A DNA stretch of 64,000 nt from Candidatus Bathyarchaeota archaeon (GCA_963827165.1 CAWGZR010000009.1:1-64000), one strand, 5' to 3'; shown: positions 9,306 to 19,319, counted from the first letter of the stretch. Notes: generated by a model from the letters alone, not told the origin. Numbers and translations: made by a program.

Positions 9306-10421
9306 ATGTCAAGCTTAAAACGAATATTGTCCGACTTCAAAGTTTTCCGGCGAAGCTACCTAAGAAACAGACTGGGGCTTTTCTTCGCTCTCGTTTTCCC
9401 AGTAATCCTAATCCTCATCTTCGGCACTATCTTCTCAGGAAACAGCTCAGGAACAATCAACGTTTATACCCAAAACCAAGACACAGGCCCCTTCGTGACA
9501 CCTCAAATAAACATAGCCGCCCAATTCCTCCACGCCCTTAACACTTCCAGCACAATCAGAGTTATCACAGTTGACCCATCAGAAAACTTTTCACAATACC
9601 TATCAGCGCATTCATCCTCAGACGGCATCATAATCCCAGCGAACTTCAGCGCCGACTACCTACAGGGCAGCCCAATAAACATAACAGTTTACGGGAACCC
9701 AACGTCGAGCACCAGTGGCATCGTAAGCAGCGCAGTCAACGGCTACGCCAACTACTTCAATCTGCACCGCTTCAACGGCACAACAGTCATCGGCATTACA
9801 GCAGCAACCGTTAACATCCACCAAACAAAATACGTCGATTTCCTAATTCCAGGACTCGTAGGCTTCACCATACTGGTCAGCCCAATGTTCTCGCTGGTTA
9901 ACATCTCCTCGGAGTACAAGAGAACAAAACTCTTCAAGCAACTATCGCTTACACCGTTAACAAAGATGGAGTGGCTCATCTCAAAAATCATGCTGTACCT
10001 GCTCGTAACACTTGCAAGCTTTCTGCTGATGGTTGCAATCGGAACCTACGTGTTCGGCGCCAACATTAACCTAACCGTGGGAATCATACCGTTCCTGCTC
10101 ATTGGACCCACGCTGTTCGCCTCTTTAGGCATGCTCATAGGTACAGTCACCAAAACCCCCGAAACAGCAGCTATAATCGGCAACATAGTAACTTACCCAA
10201 TGATGTTCCTCTCTGGCACATTCTTCCCCATCAGCCTCATGCCAACCTACCTGCAAAACTTCGCGCACGCGCTGCCGCTGTTCTACGTAGTCGAAGGCTT
10301 AAACAACGTCATGGTCTACGGAAACACGATGGGAGCAATAATCGACTTAGCAGTCATAGCCGTCATGACAGGGGTCGTCTTCACGCTGGCAGTTAAACTC
10401 TTCAAATGGAGAGAAGACTAA
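9306..10421 (+). CDS. ABC-2 type exporter permease
   Basis: FLIPGL, LTPL and PMMFLSGTFFPI motifs, 6 TM. Confidence 0.9.
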   Translation: MSSLKRILSDFKVFRRSYLRNRLGLFFALVFPVILILIFGTIFSGNSSGTINVYTQNQDTGPFVTPQINIAAQFLHALNTSSTIRVITVDPSENFSQYLSAHSSSDGIIIPANFSADYLQGSPINITVYGNPTSSTSGIVSSAVNGYANYFNLHRFNGTTVIGITAATVNIHQTKYVDFLIPGLVGFTILVSPMFSLVNISSEYKRTKLFKQLSLTPLTKMEWLISKIMLYLLVTLASFLLMVAIGTYVFGANINLTVGIIPFLLIGPTLFASLGMLIGTVTKTPETAAIIGNIVTYPMMFLSGTFFPISLMPTYLQNFAHALPLFYVVEGLNNVMVYGNTMGAIIDLAVIAVMTGVVFTLAVKLFKWRED

Positions 10422-10559
10422 CTTCTCTTTCCTTTTCCTTGGAAAATAAAGTTGAATGGATGGATGGAATTTGTATGCAAAAAGATGCGGGAAAAAACGA
10501 AACCCAAGTTTCCCAAGTAATCAAAAAACTGAAAAACAGGCTCAGGAGGTGCAAGGAAA

Positions 10560-10877
10560 TTGTCGTCGGTTTACTGCTCGAAGTGTGGAATGATGAATTC
10601 TGAGGACTCAGCTTACTGCAAGCGATGCGGCGCACCACTGCAGGCGACGCCAACCCAAGACAGCTACAGGCATCACAGACACCACGAACACAGCGGCAGC
10701 CACTCAGGGATTGGAGCACTGATCTTGGGAGCCATCGTCATCATAGCAGGCCTAGCCATAGTCGTACCCGACATCCAATGGGACATATTCTGGGCAACGC
10801 TACTCGTGCTCCTCGGCGTCTGGATCATAGGCTTCTATCTTGTGAGGACTTACCGGACACCAAAGCAGCCCCAGTAA
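10560..10877 (+). CDS. Zinc-ribbon domain membrane protein
   Basis: YCSKCG...YCKRCG, His-rich linker, 2 TM; GGAGGT SD. Confidence 0.8.
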   Translation: MSSVYCSKCGMMNSEDSAYCKRCGAPLQATPTQDSYRHHRHHEHSGSHSGIGALILGAIVIIAGLAIVVPDIQWDIFWATLLVLLGVWIIGFYLVRTYRTPKQPQ

Positions 10878-11040
10878 CTCAGACAACACCATTTCCTCTT
10901 TTTTCCTCATGAAGAAACCTTAGATTTTCAATCACTTTTTGAAGCAAAGGAGCGGCCAAAAGACCAAGGCCCAAGACCAACAACCGAACCAACCAAGAAC
11001 CTTGGAACCATTCTTCACTTTTGTTTCCGTTTTAGCGCAG

Positions 11041-11093
11041 AACGCGCTATTTTTACTGGTAAAAAGGTGCTGGGATCCCCCGCCTAGCGCACA
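11041..11093 (+). repeat. Hairpin plus tRNA-3'-end-like site (second GCTGGGATCCCCC copy)
   Basis: aacgcgctattttt...aaaaaggtgctgggatcccccgcctagcgcac, homologous to 6639-6698. Confidence 0.6.
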
Positions 11094-11132
11094 CTCAGCG
11101 ACACGAATTGTTTGCACAGATAAGTAAGCTTT

Positions 11133-11729
11133 TCAGGTATGTGAAGTGGTGTTGCTTTTTCTTGAGTTATCTAATGCAACTTTTGTTCGCACAATCATTT
11201 TTCCCAAATGCCTTGCAGAGTCCATACCTTCCTGGTCTTTAGCAACTTCGCCCTTCTCTCGCCCAATAGAGAATGCGCGTCCACCGCTTGGAATAGTCAT
11301 CCCAACAGCAGTCATGAATGTGATCATCTGGTTACAGGTACTTGAAACCCCTGACCGACGAGCAACGGCAATTACGCCACCAACCTTATCTGCAAAGTCT
11401 TTTCTCCCTCTGGCCAACGCCAGAAAACCTATTCTGTCAATGAAGATTTTCATTTGACCGGTGACTCCTTGAAAATAGGATGGACTACCCAATATGATTC
11501 CGTCAGCTTTTACTAGCTCCTGGTAAAGGCTTTCGCCGTCATCGTCAGTAACGCATTTCTTAGTGCTAAAGCATGCCATACAACCGTTGCAGGGTTGAAT
11601 TCGATAATCAGAAATTCTGATAAGTTTTACTTCCGCGTCCTCCGCTTTCGCAGCTGCCAAAGCTTCTTGTAGAATTATGTCTGTGTTGCCCCCAACCCTG
11701 GGACTGCCGCTTAGCCCAATTATAAGCAT
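11133..11729 (-). CDS. Iron-sulfur flavoprotein / NADPH-dependent FMN reductase family
   Basis: GSPRVGGNT, PCNGCMAC...C, GSPSYF, KIFIDR. Confidence 0.9.
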   Translation of the reverse strand: MLIIGLSGSPRVGGNTDIILQEALAAAKAEDAEVKLIRISDYRIQPCNGCMACFSTKKCVTDDDGESLYQELVKADGIILGSPSYFQGVTGQMKIFIDRIGFLALARGRKDFADKVGGVIAVARRSGVSSTCNQMITFMTAVGMTIPSGGRAFSIGREKGEVAKDQEGMDSARHLGKMIVRTKVALDNSRKSNTTSHT

Positions 11730-12009
11730 CTCTATTGCCTCAAAAGCTCAATCTTCAAACCCATTGATTAACTATTTGATCTGTGGGATTCGAACCCAGA
11801 TTGAAGGGGCTGTTGAGAATGTTAAGCGTTGACGACGGGGTCACACTTGTATAGAGTTTTAAAGATTAGTTGGTTTGTGGAAAATTAGGCGGTTGAGGCT
11901 TGATTAGCTTTGTCGTTTAGCTAATTTTTAACGTCATTTGACGAATGTAAATACTTAAAACTTTCAAAGATTAAGGTAGCTTATTCAGCTTTTTAGTGAG
12001 GTGAAAGAT

Positions 12010-12078
12010 GTGGTGTTCAAAGAGGAAGAAGAATGGGAAGAAACTGAAGATGAAGAATGGGAAGAAGAAGAATGGTAA
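12010..12078 (+). CDS. 22-aa acidic Trp-punctuated microprotein MVFKEEEEWEETEDEEWEEEEW
   Basis: GAGGTGA SD at 11998-12004, GTG start, TAA stop; AT-rich TATA-like box near 11950-11960. Confidence 0.6.
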   Translation: MVFKEEEEWEETEDEEWEEEEW

Positions 12079-12250
12079 ACTCTACCCTTCAAACTTGGAA
12101 TTGAATAGAAGCTTCAAATCTTCGCCTGAGTTTACAAAAATCGCCTTATTTGACGAGTTTGATGAAAGGGACTCACCGTTTCGGGGGGTAGCCCGGTCCG
12201 GTTCACCCCTTTGTGAACTTGAGGTGTGCTTGGTTTTTGCTTTTTAATTG

Positions 12251-12296
12251 GGTGGAGTTCGCTTAATAGTTTAGGCGAGTCCCATTAGGCCCGCCA
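12251..12296 (+). repeat. Hairpin plus tRNA-3'-end-like site
   Basis: ttcgcttaa-tagt-ttaggcgag hairpin running into GAGTCCCAT-TAGGCCC-G-CCA. Confidence 0.6.
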
Positions 12297-12542
12297 CTTC
12301 CTGAACCCTTTAGAAATCAGCAAGAAAATGTTTGGCGAAGATTAGCTCCCCGCAAAATTTATAAAAAGCAATATTTTGCGCAGTCTGACAAACGACAAAA
12401 ACTAATCCCGTTAGTTTCAGAATAAGAATAGTGACTCGGTTGGTTCTGTCAAGGCAACTATGTTCAAGTTTTTGTTATTAACTCCGATTGTAGGATGTTA
12501 ATGTCCGAGTAAGAGAACGTTGTTCAATAGTGCGCTGTTAGC

Positions 12543-12893
12543 TTAGCTATTCATGATTTGGGCTAACGTTATGACGAATAAATTAATGCGCTCGTAAGCT
12601 TGACCATAATCAAATACGGAAGTAATGGTTGTAACCGGTGTTTCGGCGTCAATTGCTACGTAGGTTGTCTTCTCATTTTCTTTTGCTAATTTTATTTTAA
12701 GCGTAGAGCCGTAGGACAGAAAACTGCCGTTGGTTCTAATTGTTAAGTGATGAGTAGTTTCGTCTTTTTCCTGTATTTTCCAGTCAAGCTTAGCTACTAC
12801 TTTAGGGATAGCGTCCCAAATAGACTCAAGAGGAAAGTCAACCTCAAGGTCTTGTTTTCCGTCTCTTAAATAAGCCAATTTTTCTTCAGTCAA
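12543..12893 (-). CDS. Hypothetical protein
   Basis: 116-aa ORF with globular composition; no family recognised. Confidence 0.6.
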   Translation of the reverse strand: MTEEKLAYLRDGKQDLEVDFPLESIWDAIPKVVAKLDWKIQEKDETTHHLTIRTNGSFLSYGSTLKIKLAKENEKTTYVAIDAETPVTTITSVFDYGQAYERINLFVITLAQIMNS

Positions 12894-13417
12894 ACATTTG
12901 GGTGCCGCAGTCTAATAACTTTTATTTCCAGCTTTTGCATCGTGTAGCGCTCTGTATTTTAGATCTCGATGAATTTGAACCCAAAAAGAAACGGACCCCT
13001 TAATGCGGATGAATGAGTGGAAACTCTCGGAAACCTGCAAAGAATGCACAATTGGTTTTTTTCCACATGCAAGATCATAAACAATATTTTGCCTCCGTTG
13101 ACAAGCAGTGGTAGCCGGATCGGTTTGCCCCTGCAATAAGCTGTCTTAAAAGGCATTGCCCATTTTTATTAAATAAGACATAATTAGAAAACTTTGATTT
13201 TGCAGTTTGTGCAATCTTGGTTTTGGGAAAGTATTTTAACTTAGTGCTTTGTACTTGGAAGCATTGCGTGGTACAAAAGGCTGGTTTGGTATGAGGACTC
13301 AGGATCGCTCAAAGTTTAGGTAGGTTAATGCTTGTGCCTATCCAGGATGCAGTGGAGCATGTTGCTGGGCGATTTCTCGGCTATTTTACAAATCTGCCTT
13401 TGAGGGGTCTTATCCAT

Positions 13418-13876
13418 TTGGTTTCGCAGCAAGCAAAGTTTACAGAATATTTTAAAGGCTTCGAGAAAAACGTTGCTGTTCAAGGCATATTCGGAAAAGA
13501 AACAGAGGCAGTTCTCAATAACCTAAAGTTGGATTTCATTTGGTTTGGTTACATGGGAGTCAGCAATGATGATGGGCACTTAATGGTAAACAAACGTTAC
13601 TTAAGCACCGGACGCAAACAAGACATTTACCTCGACGTCATACATGAACTCTGCCACGTAAAGCAACACATGGAAGGCCGCGACCTCTTTAACCCACGCT
13701 ACGATTATGTGGATCGACCAACAGAAATCGAAGCCTACCGCTATGCTGTGCAAGAAGCCAAACGCATTGGTTTAAGTGCTGCGGAAATTCGCGTGTACCT
13801 TAAAACTGAAATGATGAGCAATGCAGTTTTAGATATACTGATTAGGAACATGTGCGTGGACCTTGAGGAATCTTGA
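13418..13876 (+). CDS. HExxH zincin-like metallopeptidase domain protein
   Basis: VIHELCHVKQ...PTEIEAY; TTG 13418 follows GAGGGG. Confidence 0.7.
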   Translation: MVSQQAKFTEYFKGFEKNVAVQGIFGKETEAVLNNLKLDFIWFGYMGVSNDDGHLMVNKRYLSTGRKQDIYLDVIHELCHVKQHMEGRDLFNPRYDYVDRPTEIEAYRYAVQEAKRIGLSAAEIRVYLKTEMMSNAVLDILIRNMCVDLEES

Positions 13877-14222
13877 TTTTCCTTGCCAAATGGGTTGAAG
13901 TCGTACCTTTTCGCCCAAAAATTCATCCCATCTTTTCAAATAAATTAACTGTATAATTTAGGAGTGATTTTAAAAAATTTTAAAGCTAAAGCTTTAGCCC
14001 GTCGTTCATCGGTTGTTATGCCTTTACATTTTTCAATTATTAAGATTCCTCCAGATCGTCTGTCGGGAACATTACTGACCCGCTATCAGTCATAAACATA
14101 TCTGACTCTGATTCCTCGGCGCGCCCCGCACACTTTCGATATAAAAAATGTCTGCTATGGATTGTTTTTCCAAAGTTTTCTCTGAAATTGGTGTTTTAAA
14201 GTAATGGTTGCGCCCCTTTTTT

Positions 14223-15854
14223 CGGACTGTGTCAAAACTCTGAGCTAAAGCCTAAGGACGTTTAGCATCCGAACTATTGTCTGCAGTCCCTTTCACTTGT
14301 TTTCTCTTTTTTACTTCTTCATCAAATTTATTATCGTTCCAACACCAAAAATGTTGATGACTCGTCTCATGTTGTAAGCAAGCATCGTAAACCCAACCTC
14401 TCCCTTAACCTTCCTAAATCCCTTCAAAAGCAAGTAACCCTGATTGAATGCCCGCTTCATGGTTCCAAACGGATGCTCAACTATCTGCCGCCTCAAACGA
14501 AGCTTCTGTCTACCTTCATAACTCTGCAACCTTACTCTGAGACGTTCAACTGCGCCATCATACTTGGACCTAACCATAGTCCTTCCACGTTTGTTCCTCG
14601 TACACTTGCTCCTAAAAGTGCAGACAGCACAGCTAACCGTCCTGTAAACCCTACCTCGCAGAGGGTCATTTCTGTACACGCACTTACAAAATGTCAGATC
14701 TTTGCCTGCAGGACAAACATACATGTCTTTAGAAGCGTTGTAAGCGAATCGGTCAGAATAGAACTCAGGCTCGGGAACTCCAATGCTTTTGTACGGGCTA
14801 AAAACATTAGGAATGGGCATAAACACTGTTACGCCATTATCTTCACAGTCAGCGATGTCTTTCTCAACGTAGAAGCCCTTATCGCTTAAAACATCAAGCG
14901 TATCCACATCCAAAGTCTACTTGGCAGCTAGCGCATCCTTGGTAAGCTGATGATGATCAGTCGAGATGTTTATCACGTCATAATCAACGATAAGGTGCTG
15001 TTTTGCATCAACTGACGTTTGAATGTTGTAGCCCACTTCAAGCCGTTGGCTGTCAACTCGCATTAAACGGCTGTCTTGATCCACAAGTGAAACTTCCTTC
15101 TGGCCAGTTGCCTTCATTTGGTCTTGAATCTGCTCGTATCGCTGCTTTTCTTCTTCAAGCTTGCATATTTTCTGCTTGAGCTCATCATTATTGACGCTTT
15201 CATCTTCAGCTGAATCTGCTGTATCGTTTTGGTCCATTTCTTTGAGGTATTGGGCTATTTTCTCCTCTGTTTGCTTGAGTCTTAGAGCGACTGTTTTCTC
15301 GTTGAGGTTGTTGCTTCTTGAGTTGACGGCTTTGAACTTGGTTCCATCAATCGCTACCAACTGAGCACCGTAGAGATCAAGGCTTTTGCATAGATACACG
15401 AATTCTTTGAATACTCCTTTGATGCAGTCCACGTTGTTTTTTCTGAAGTCAGCGATGGTTTTGAAGTCTGGAGCCAGCTTCTTCATGAGCCACATGACTT
15501 CAACGTTGCGGTGGCATTCTTTCTCGAGTTTTCTGCTAGATCTGACCTGGTTGAGGTATCCGTAAATATAGAGTTTGAGTAGGTCTGAAGGATTGTAAGA
15601 TGGTCTTCCAGTGTCAGCTGGGACTGAGTGTTTGAATCCCAGCCTTTCCAGGTTAAGGGCTGTCTACAAAGGCGTCGATGAACCTTACAGGGTTTTCTTT
15701 GTCAACATATTGGTCGATGGTATTGGGAAAGAGCACTGTTTGGTCTCTGCGGGTTCCGTTGACATGTTCGCTCATGGCTTTTCAGTTGGTCTAAAGCTAG
15801 CCTTAAGCTTAACGGTAAGTAGCGAGCGTAGAAAGAGACTTTTCACACAGTCGG
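14223..15854 (-). mobile_element. IS1182-family element, inactivated copy
   Basis: TIRs CGGACTGTGTCAAAACT / ACTTTTCACACAGTCGG; homologous to 23691-25337; right end uncertain by about 1 nt. Confidence 0.9.
14311..15775 (-). pseudogene. IS1182 transposase pseudogene
   Basis: CAG->TAG stop at 14917 and a disrupted 5' region; DDE motifs IDGTK, SDKGF and VEHPFG retained. Confidence 0.85.
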
Positions 15855-15942
15855 GTTTTCTGGTGCAACCCGGCTACCGCACCACAAATCTGTGCATTAC
15901 CAATGCATAGACTTATATTTTAATAATGCACATTCTTCCTCA

Positions 15943-17163
15943 ATGTTGCTTAAAGAAACATTACAGCAAATAATCGAAGAACAACAAAGAGACCTAAAAT
16001 CCCTAAACTACGGAATACCCCGAACACTGTCCGGCAACATCGACCTCACCCTCCCCTTCGCCATAATCATATCAGGCATTAGACGGTGCGGAAAAAGCAC
16101 ACTTCTACGCCAAGTCATGAACGCAACAAACGGCAAGTACTATTTCAACTTTGAAGACCCCAAGGCAAGCAGCTTTGAACTTGGGGATTTCCAAAAATTG
16201 AACGAACTCTTTGGGGAAGAATTTGGCCAAGATGGCTGCTATTTCTTTGACGAAATTCAAAACGTCGAAAAATGGGAGCTTTTCGTTCGAACCATGCTTG
16301 ACCAAGGAAAACATTTCCTGATAACAGGTTCAAACGCTTCATTGTTAAGCAAGGAGCTTGGGACAAGACTTACCGGCAGGCATCTGAGGGAAGAGCTATT
16401 CCCATTCTCATACCGCGAATTTCTTACTTTTAGGTCGGTAAACGCGTGTTCAGAGACTTTTAATGAATATCTTAAGCTAGGTGGTTTTCCAGAGTACCTG
16501 CGATTCGGTCGCCGCGAGATACTTCAAGAATTATTAAACGACATAATTATGCGCGATATCGTTGTTCGGCACAAACTGAGAAGCCCCAAGTCGATAAAGG
16601 CGATGGCGCTCTTTCTAATTTCAAACATAGGCGTCGAGTTTTCATACAACAGTCTTGCCAAAACCTTCAACATTGGTTCAACCAACAGCGCTATCTCGTT
16701 TACTTCATATTTAGAAGACAGTTATCTTTTTTTCACTGTACCAAAATTCAGTTACTCCCTGAAAAGGCAATCAGTGAATCCCAAGAAAGTATATGTCATA
16801 GATAATGGATTAGCTGATGCCAACTCGGTTTCTTTTTCGTCAAACAGAGGCAGAATGCTCGAAAACACGGTGTTCTTGGCCCTCCGGAGAAATGGAAAGG
16901 ACATTTTCTACTTTAAAGAAGAGAAAGAGTGCGACTTTGTAGTTAAAGAGGAAAATAAGATAACGCAGGCTATCCAGGTCTGCTATAATTTAACCGAAGA
17001 AAATAAGAACCGAGAGATTGATGGTCTCATAGAAGCTATAGAAACATTTGATTTGCCTGAAGGATTGATTTTGACCTTTGACCAACAGGATACCCTGAAA
17101 ATTGGTAACAAACGCGTAAGGGTAGTTCCTGTATGGCGCTGGTCAGACCGCGTCCTTTCATAA
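15943..17163 (+). CDS. AAA+ ATPase (AAA_14 plus DUF4143-type)
   Basis: GIRRCGKST, FFDEIQ, ITGSNAS, LTGRH, GGFPE, KKVYVIDNGL, ECDFVV. Confidence 0.9.
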   Translation: MLLKETLQQIIEEQQRDLKSLNYGIPRTLSGNIDLTLPFAIIISGIRRCGKSTLLRQVMNATNGKYYFNFEDPKASSFELGDFQKLNELFGEEFGQDGCYFFDEIQNVEKWELFVRTMLDQGKHFLITGSNASLLSKELGTRLTGRHLREELFPFSYREFLTFRSVNACSETFNEYLKLGGFPEYLRFGRREILQELLNDIIMRDIVVRHKLRSPKSIKAMALFLISNIGVEFSYNSLAKTFNIGSTNSAISFTSYLEDSYLFFTVPKFSYSLKRQSVNPKKVYVIDNGLADANSVSFSSNRGRMLENTVFLALRRNGKDIFYFKEEKECDFVVKEENKITQAIQVCYNLTEENKNREIDGLIEAIETFDLPEGLILTFDQQDTLKIGNKRVRVVPVWRWSDRVLS

Positions 17164-17185
17164 ACTGTAAAGTGATTTTCTGCAT

Positions 17186-17250
17186 TAGTTTGGTCAGGAC
17201 ATCAGGTTCCCAATCTGATAACTCGGGTTCAAATCCCGGTGGTCGCACCA
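17186..17250 (+). pseudogene. 5'-truncated or degenerate tRNA-Gly(CCC), att-type fragment
   Basis: TCAGG-TTCCCAA-TCTGA anticodon arm, TTCAAAT T-loop and TGGTCGC-A-CCA; canonical 5' acceptor and D-stem strands absent. Confidence 0.8.
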
Positions 17251-17400
17251 AAATTCTGTTCAATTCCCCTCGGTCTCCCTGCGGTGGGAGTTTTCTTCTT
17301 AACTTTTTGTTTATTGAGCTGTCAGTTCCCTTTTCGCTCGCTAAAATTTGGCGAAAAAAGACTTTTCTCTCTTGTTTGAATGAAGGTTTTGAACCCATTT

Positions 17401-17530
17401 CAGCCTGTGTGAAAACTAAAATCGCGTCCAAAAAGTTGCTCTATATGTGTATAAATAGCATCTTGTAACCAAAATTATTCACATAAAACAAGCATTTTTC
17501 TGAAATTAAAAATAGTTTTTACACAGTCTC
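17401..17530. mobile_element. 130-bp MITE with IS1182-type ends
   Basis: CAGCCTGTGTGAAAACT...AGTTTTTACACAGTCTC with an ATTT duplication; empty site TGAACCC-ATTT-GGGTTCA. Confidence 0.8.
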
Positions 17531-17768
17531 ATTTGGGTTCAGGGATCTCCAGCGTCAAATGAATGAGAAAATTCGAAAATGCATATAAATCCAACAACCG
17601 TTATCCCTTGTTTGGGTTCAGAACCGTAGAGACTCAAGCTGTTAAAGGGACGGACCATTTCTGCTGTGCCATTTCCAGTTACATTTGTAACATTTTTCCT
17701 ATTCTTTTTTTCGCCTGCCAAATAAAGCCCTTTAATCAAGAAACAACAAAAAAATAGGGAGAGTATGA

Positions 17769-17863
17769 TTTGGCGGGTCAAAGCACGTTTTGGTCCGGAC
17801 GCGCAAGGGTTTCAAGTTTGGGCTAAGAAGCCACCGTGTCCTGCCAATGTTGACCCCGCCAAA
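17769..17863. repeat. 95-bp imperfect palindrome ending in an acceptor-like TGACCCC-G-CCA
   Basis: tttggcgggtcaa/ttgaccccgccaaa, ttgg/ccaa and ggacgcg/cgtgtcc stems. Confidence 0.6.
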
Positions 17864-18321
17864 CGTTTTCCATTAAGGGAACATGCTTCCCGTTCAACTT
17901 GTAGCTTTATCTATCGATAAAGGGCTTTTTGATAGTTTTTTTGTACTTCGATGTTTAAGAAAATTTAGCGCACAAAAAAGCAAGCATAGTTTGAAGAGAG
18001 AGGATAACTCGCTATTGCAATTTTACGTTTTAGGAACTCAAGGTTGCAGAAACAAGAATGTAATGTTCATGCTTGCTGCAGTAAGTGTCGGAGTATTATG
18101 CGTTTTTTTATCCTTCTTTATGCGTATTTTCGAATGTTAGCCGAATTGTTTAATCTTCTAAGAGAACCACTCTCAACTGGCTTGGGTAATGGTCCACAAT
18201 TTTCCGTCTTCGGTATAGAAGGTGAATACATATTAGTTCATTACCAGACCATTGTAGCGATAGTCTTTAGCAGTAGCCAGCGATGGACTAGCCTTCCTTC
18301 CTACCCTATAGGAGTCCGAGG

Positions 18322-18939
18322 ATGAAAATTCACAAGAGAGTAACGCACATAGCAATTGAGCAGATGCAGGCGCCAGAAGTAATTGTGGAGGGCAAAAACG
18401 TAAAAATCTGCTTAAATGGGTGCGGCACACTTGTACCAGCGGGTAACAAAAAATATTGCAGTTTAAAATGCGCTAACGAATTCTACGCCAAACACAACCA
18501 AAAAGGATTACGAGAATACCTTCGCAAACGTGAACATGCCAAATGCCAAAGATGCGGCTGGAAAAACCCTAAAAAACCACGACTACCGGCTTACCCCAAA
18601 AGACCGGGCTGGATTGAAGGAGGCGTAAAAGCACACCAATTAGCAATTCAACAATACGAAAAAGATTATGAAGAAATTAGCAAAAAACGTAAAATGATAA
18701 TGCGGGAATGGCATAAAACATCTCCAAAGCCCAGAGCATTTGTAGCTGACCACATTATACCCATAGCAATAGGAGGCGACGAATTCGACCTCAAAAATGT
18801 CCAATGGCTATGCGCCCCCTGCAACAAAGAAAAAACAAAACACGACCAAGCTACAATAGCCCTCTACCGCAGACGAATCAAACTAATCGGAACCGGCGGG
18901 CAACCTTTAACACAATTCAATTCGATCGATAAGAAATGA
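18322..18939 (+). CDS. HNH endonuclease with zinc-binding motifs
   Basis: ADHIIPIAIGG...NVQWLCAPCNKEK; CLNGC, YCSLKC and CQRC motifs. Confidence 0.85.
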   Translation: MKIHKRVTHIAIEQMQAPEVIVEGKNVKICLNGCGTLVPAGNKKYCSLKCANEFYAKHNQKGLREYLRKREHAKCQRCGWKNPKKPRLPAYPKRPGWIEGGVKAHQLAIQQYEKDYEEISKKRKMIMREWHKTSPKPRAFVADHIIPIAIGGDEFDLKNVQWLCAPCNKEKTKHDQATIALYRRRIKLIGTGGQPLTQFNSIDKK

Positions 18940-19319
18940 CTGATTAAGAAATTCTCTATTCCTTAATCAAAAATAGAATCTGTGATAGAAACCATAAATT
19001 CGATGACCTTCACGCAATAAACGCCTAAAAACAGCTCCATTCACGAAATTAAGCCAAAAAATAATTAATTACCTGCATTGCGCGAACTCTTCCAACGTCC
19101 ACCGGTAGAGGCTTTAGTAGTTAATTGGCGAAATTAATCGGTCGCCTAAAAATAGAGCAGTATCTTAATGGGTGATTATGACCTTATTGAAACCGTATTA
19201 ATTAACGATTTGCCAGAACGACGTTTAAAAGTGACAAATGCAACGCTAAGGCCGAAATATCTTATAGAGGTCGAATTCTTTGTTTCGAATTTAAAATAAT
19301 AGTTTGAGGTAGGAGTAAA

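Noticed and set aside
11783-11799. Minus-strand T-arm-like motif CTGGGTTCGAATCCCAC
   Set aside because: No acceptor strand or CCA follows and the orientation is opposite to the array; too short to call.
12008-12247. Lys-rich ORF MWCSKRKKNGKK from the ORF track
   Set aside because: Only 3 nt from the SD and runs through structured non-coding DNA; the alternative E/W frame fits better.
17172-17250. Functional or split tRNA-Gly(CCC)
   Set aside because: The 5' strand (GTGATTT) pairs only by wobble and is out of register, the D-stem is broken, and no BHB or complementary leader for trans-splicing is visible.
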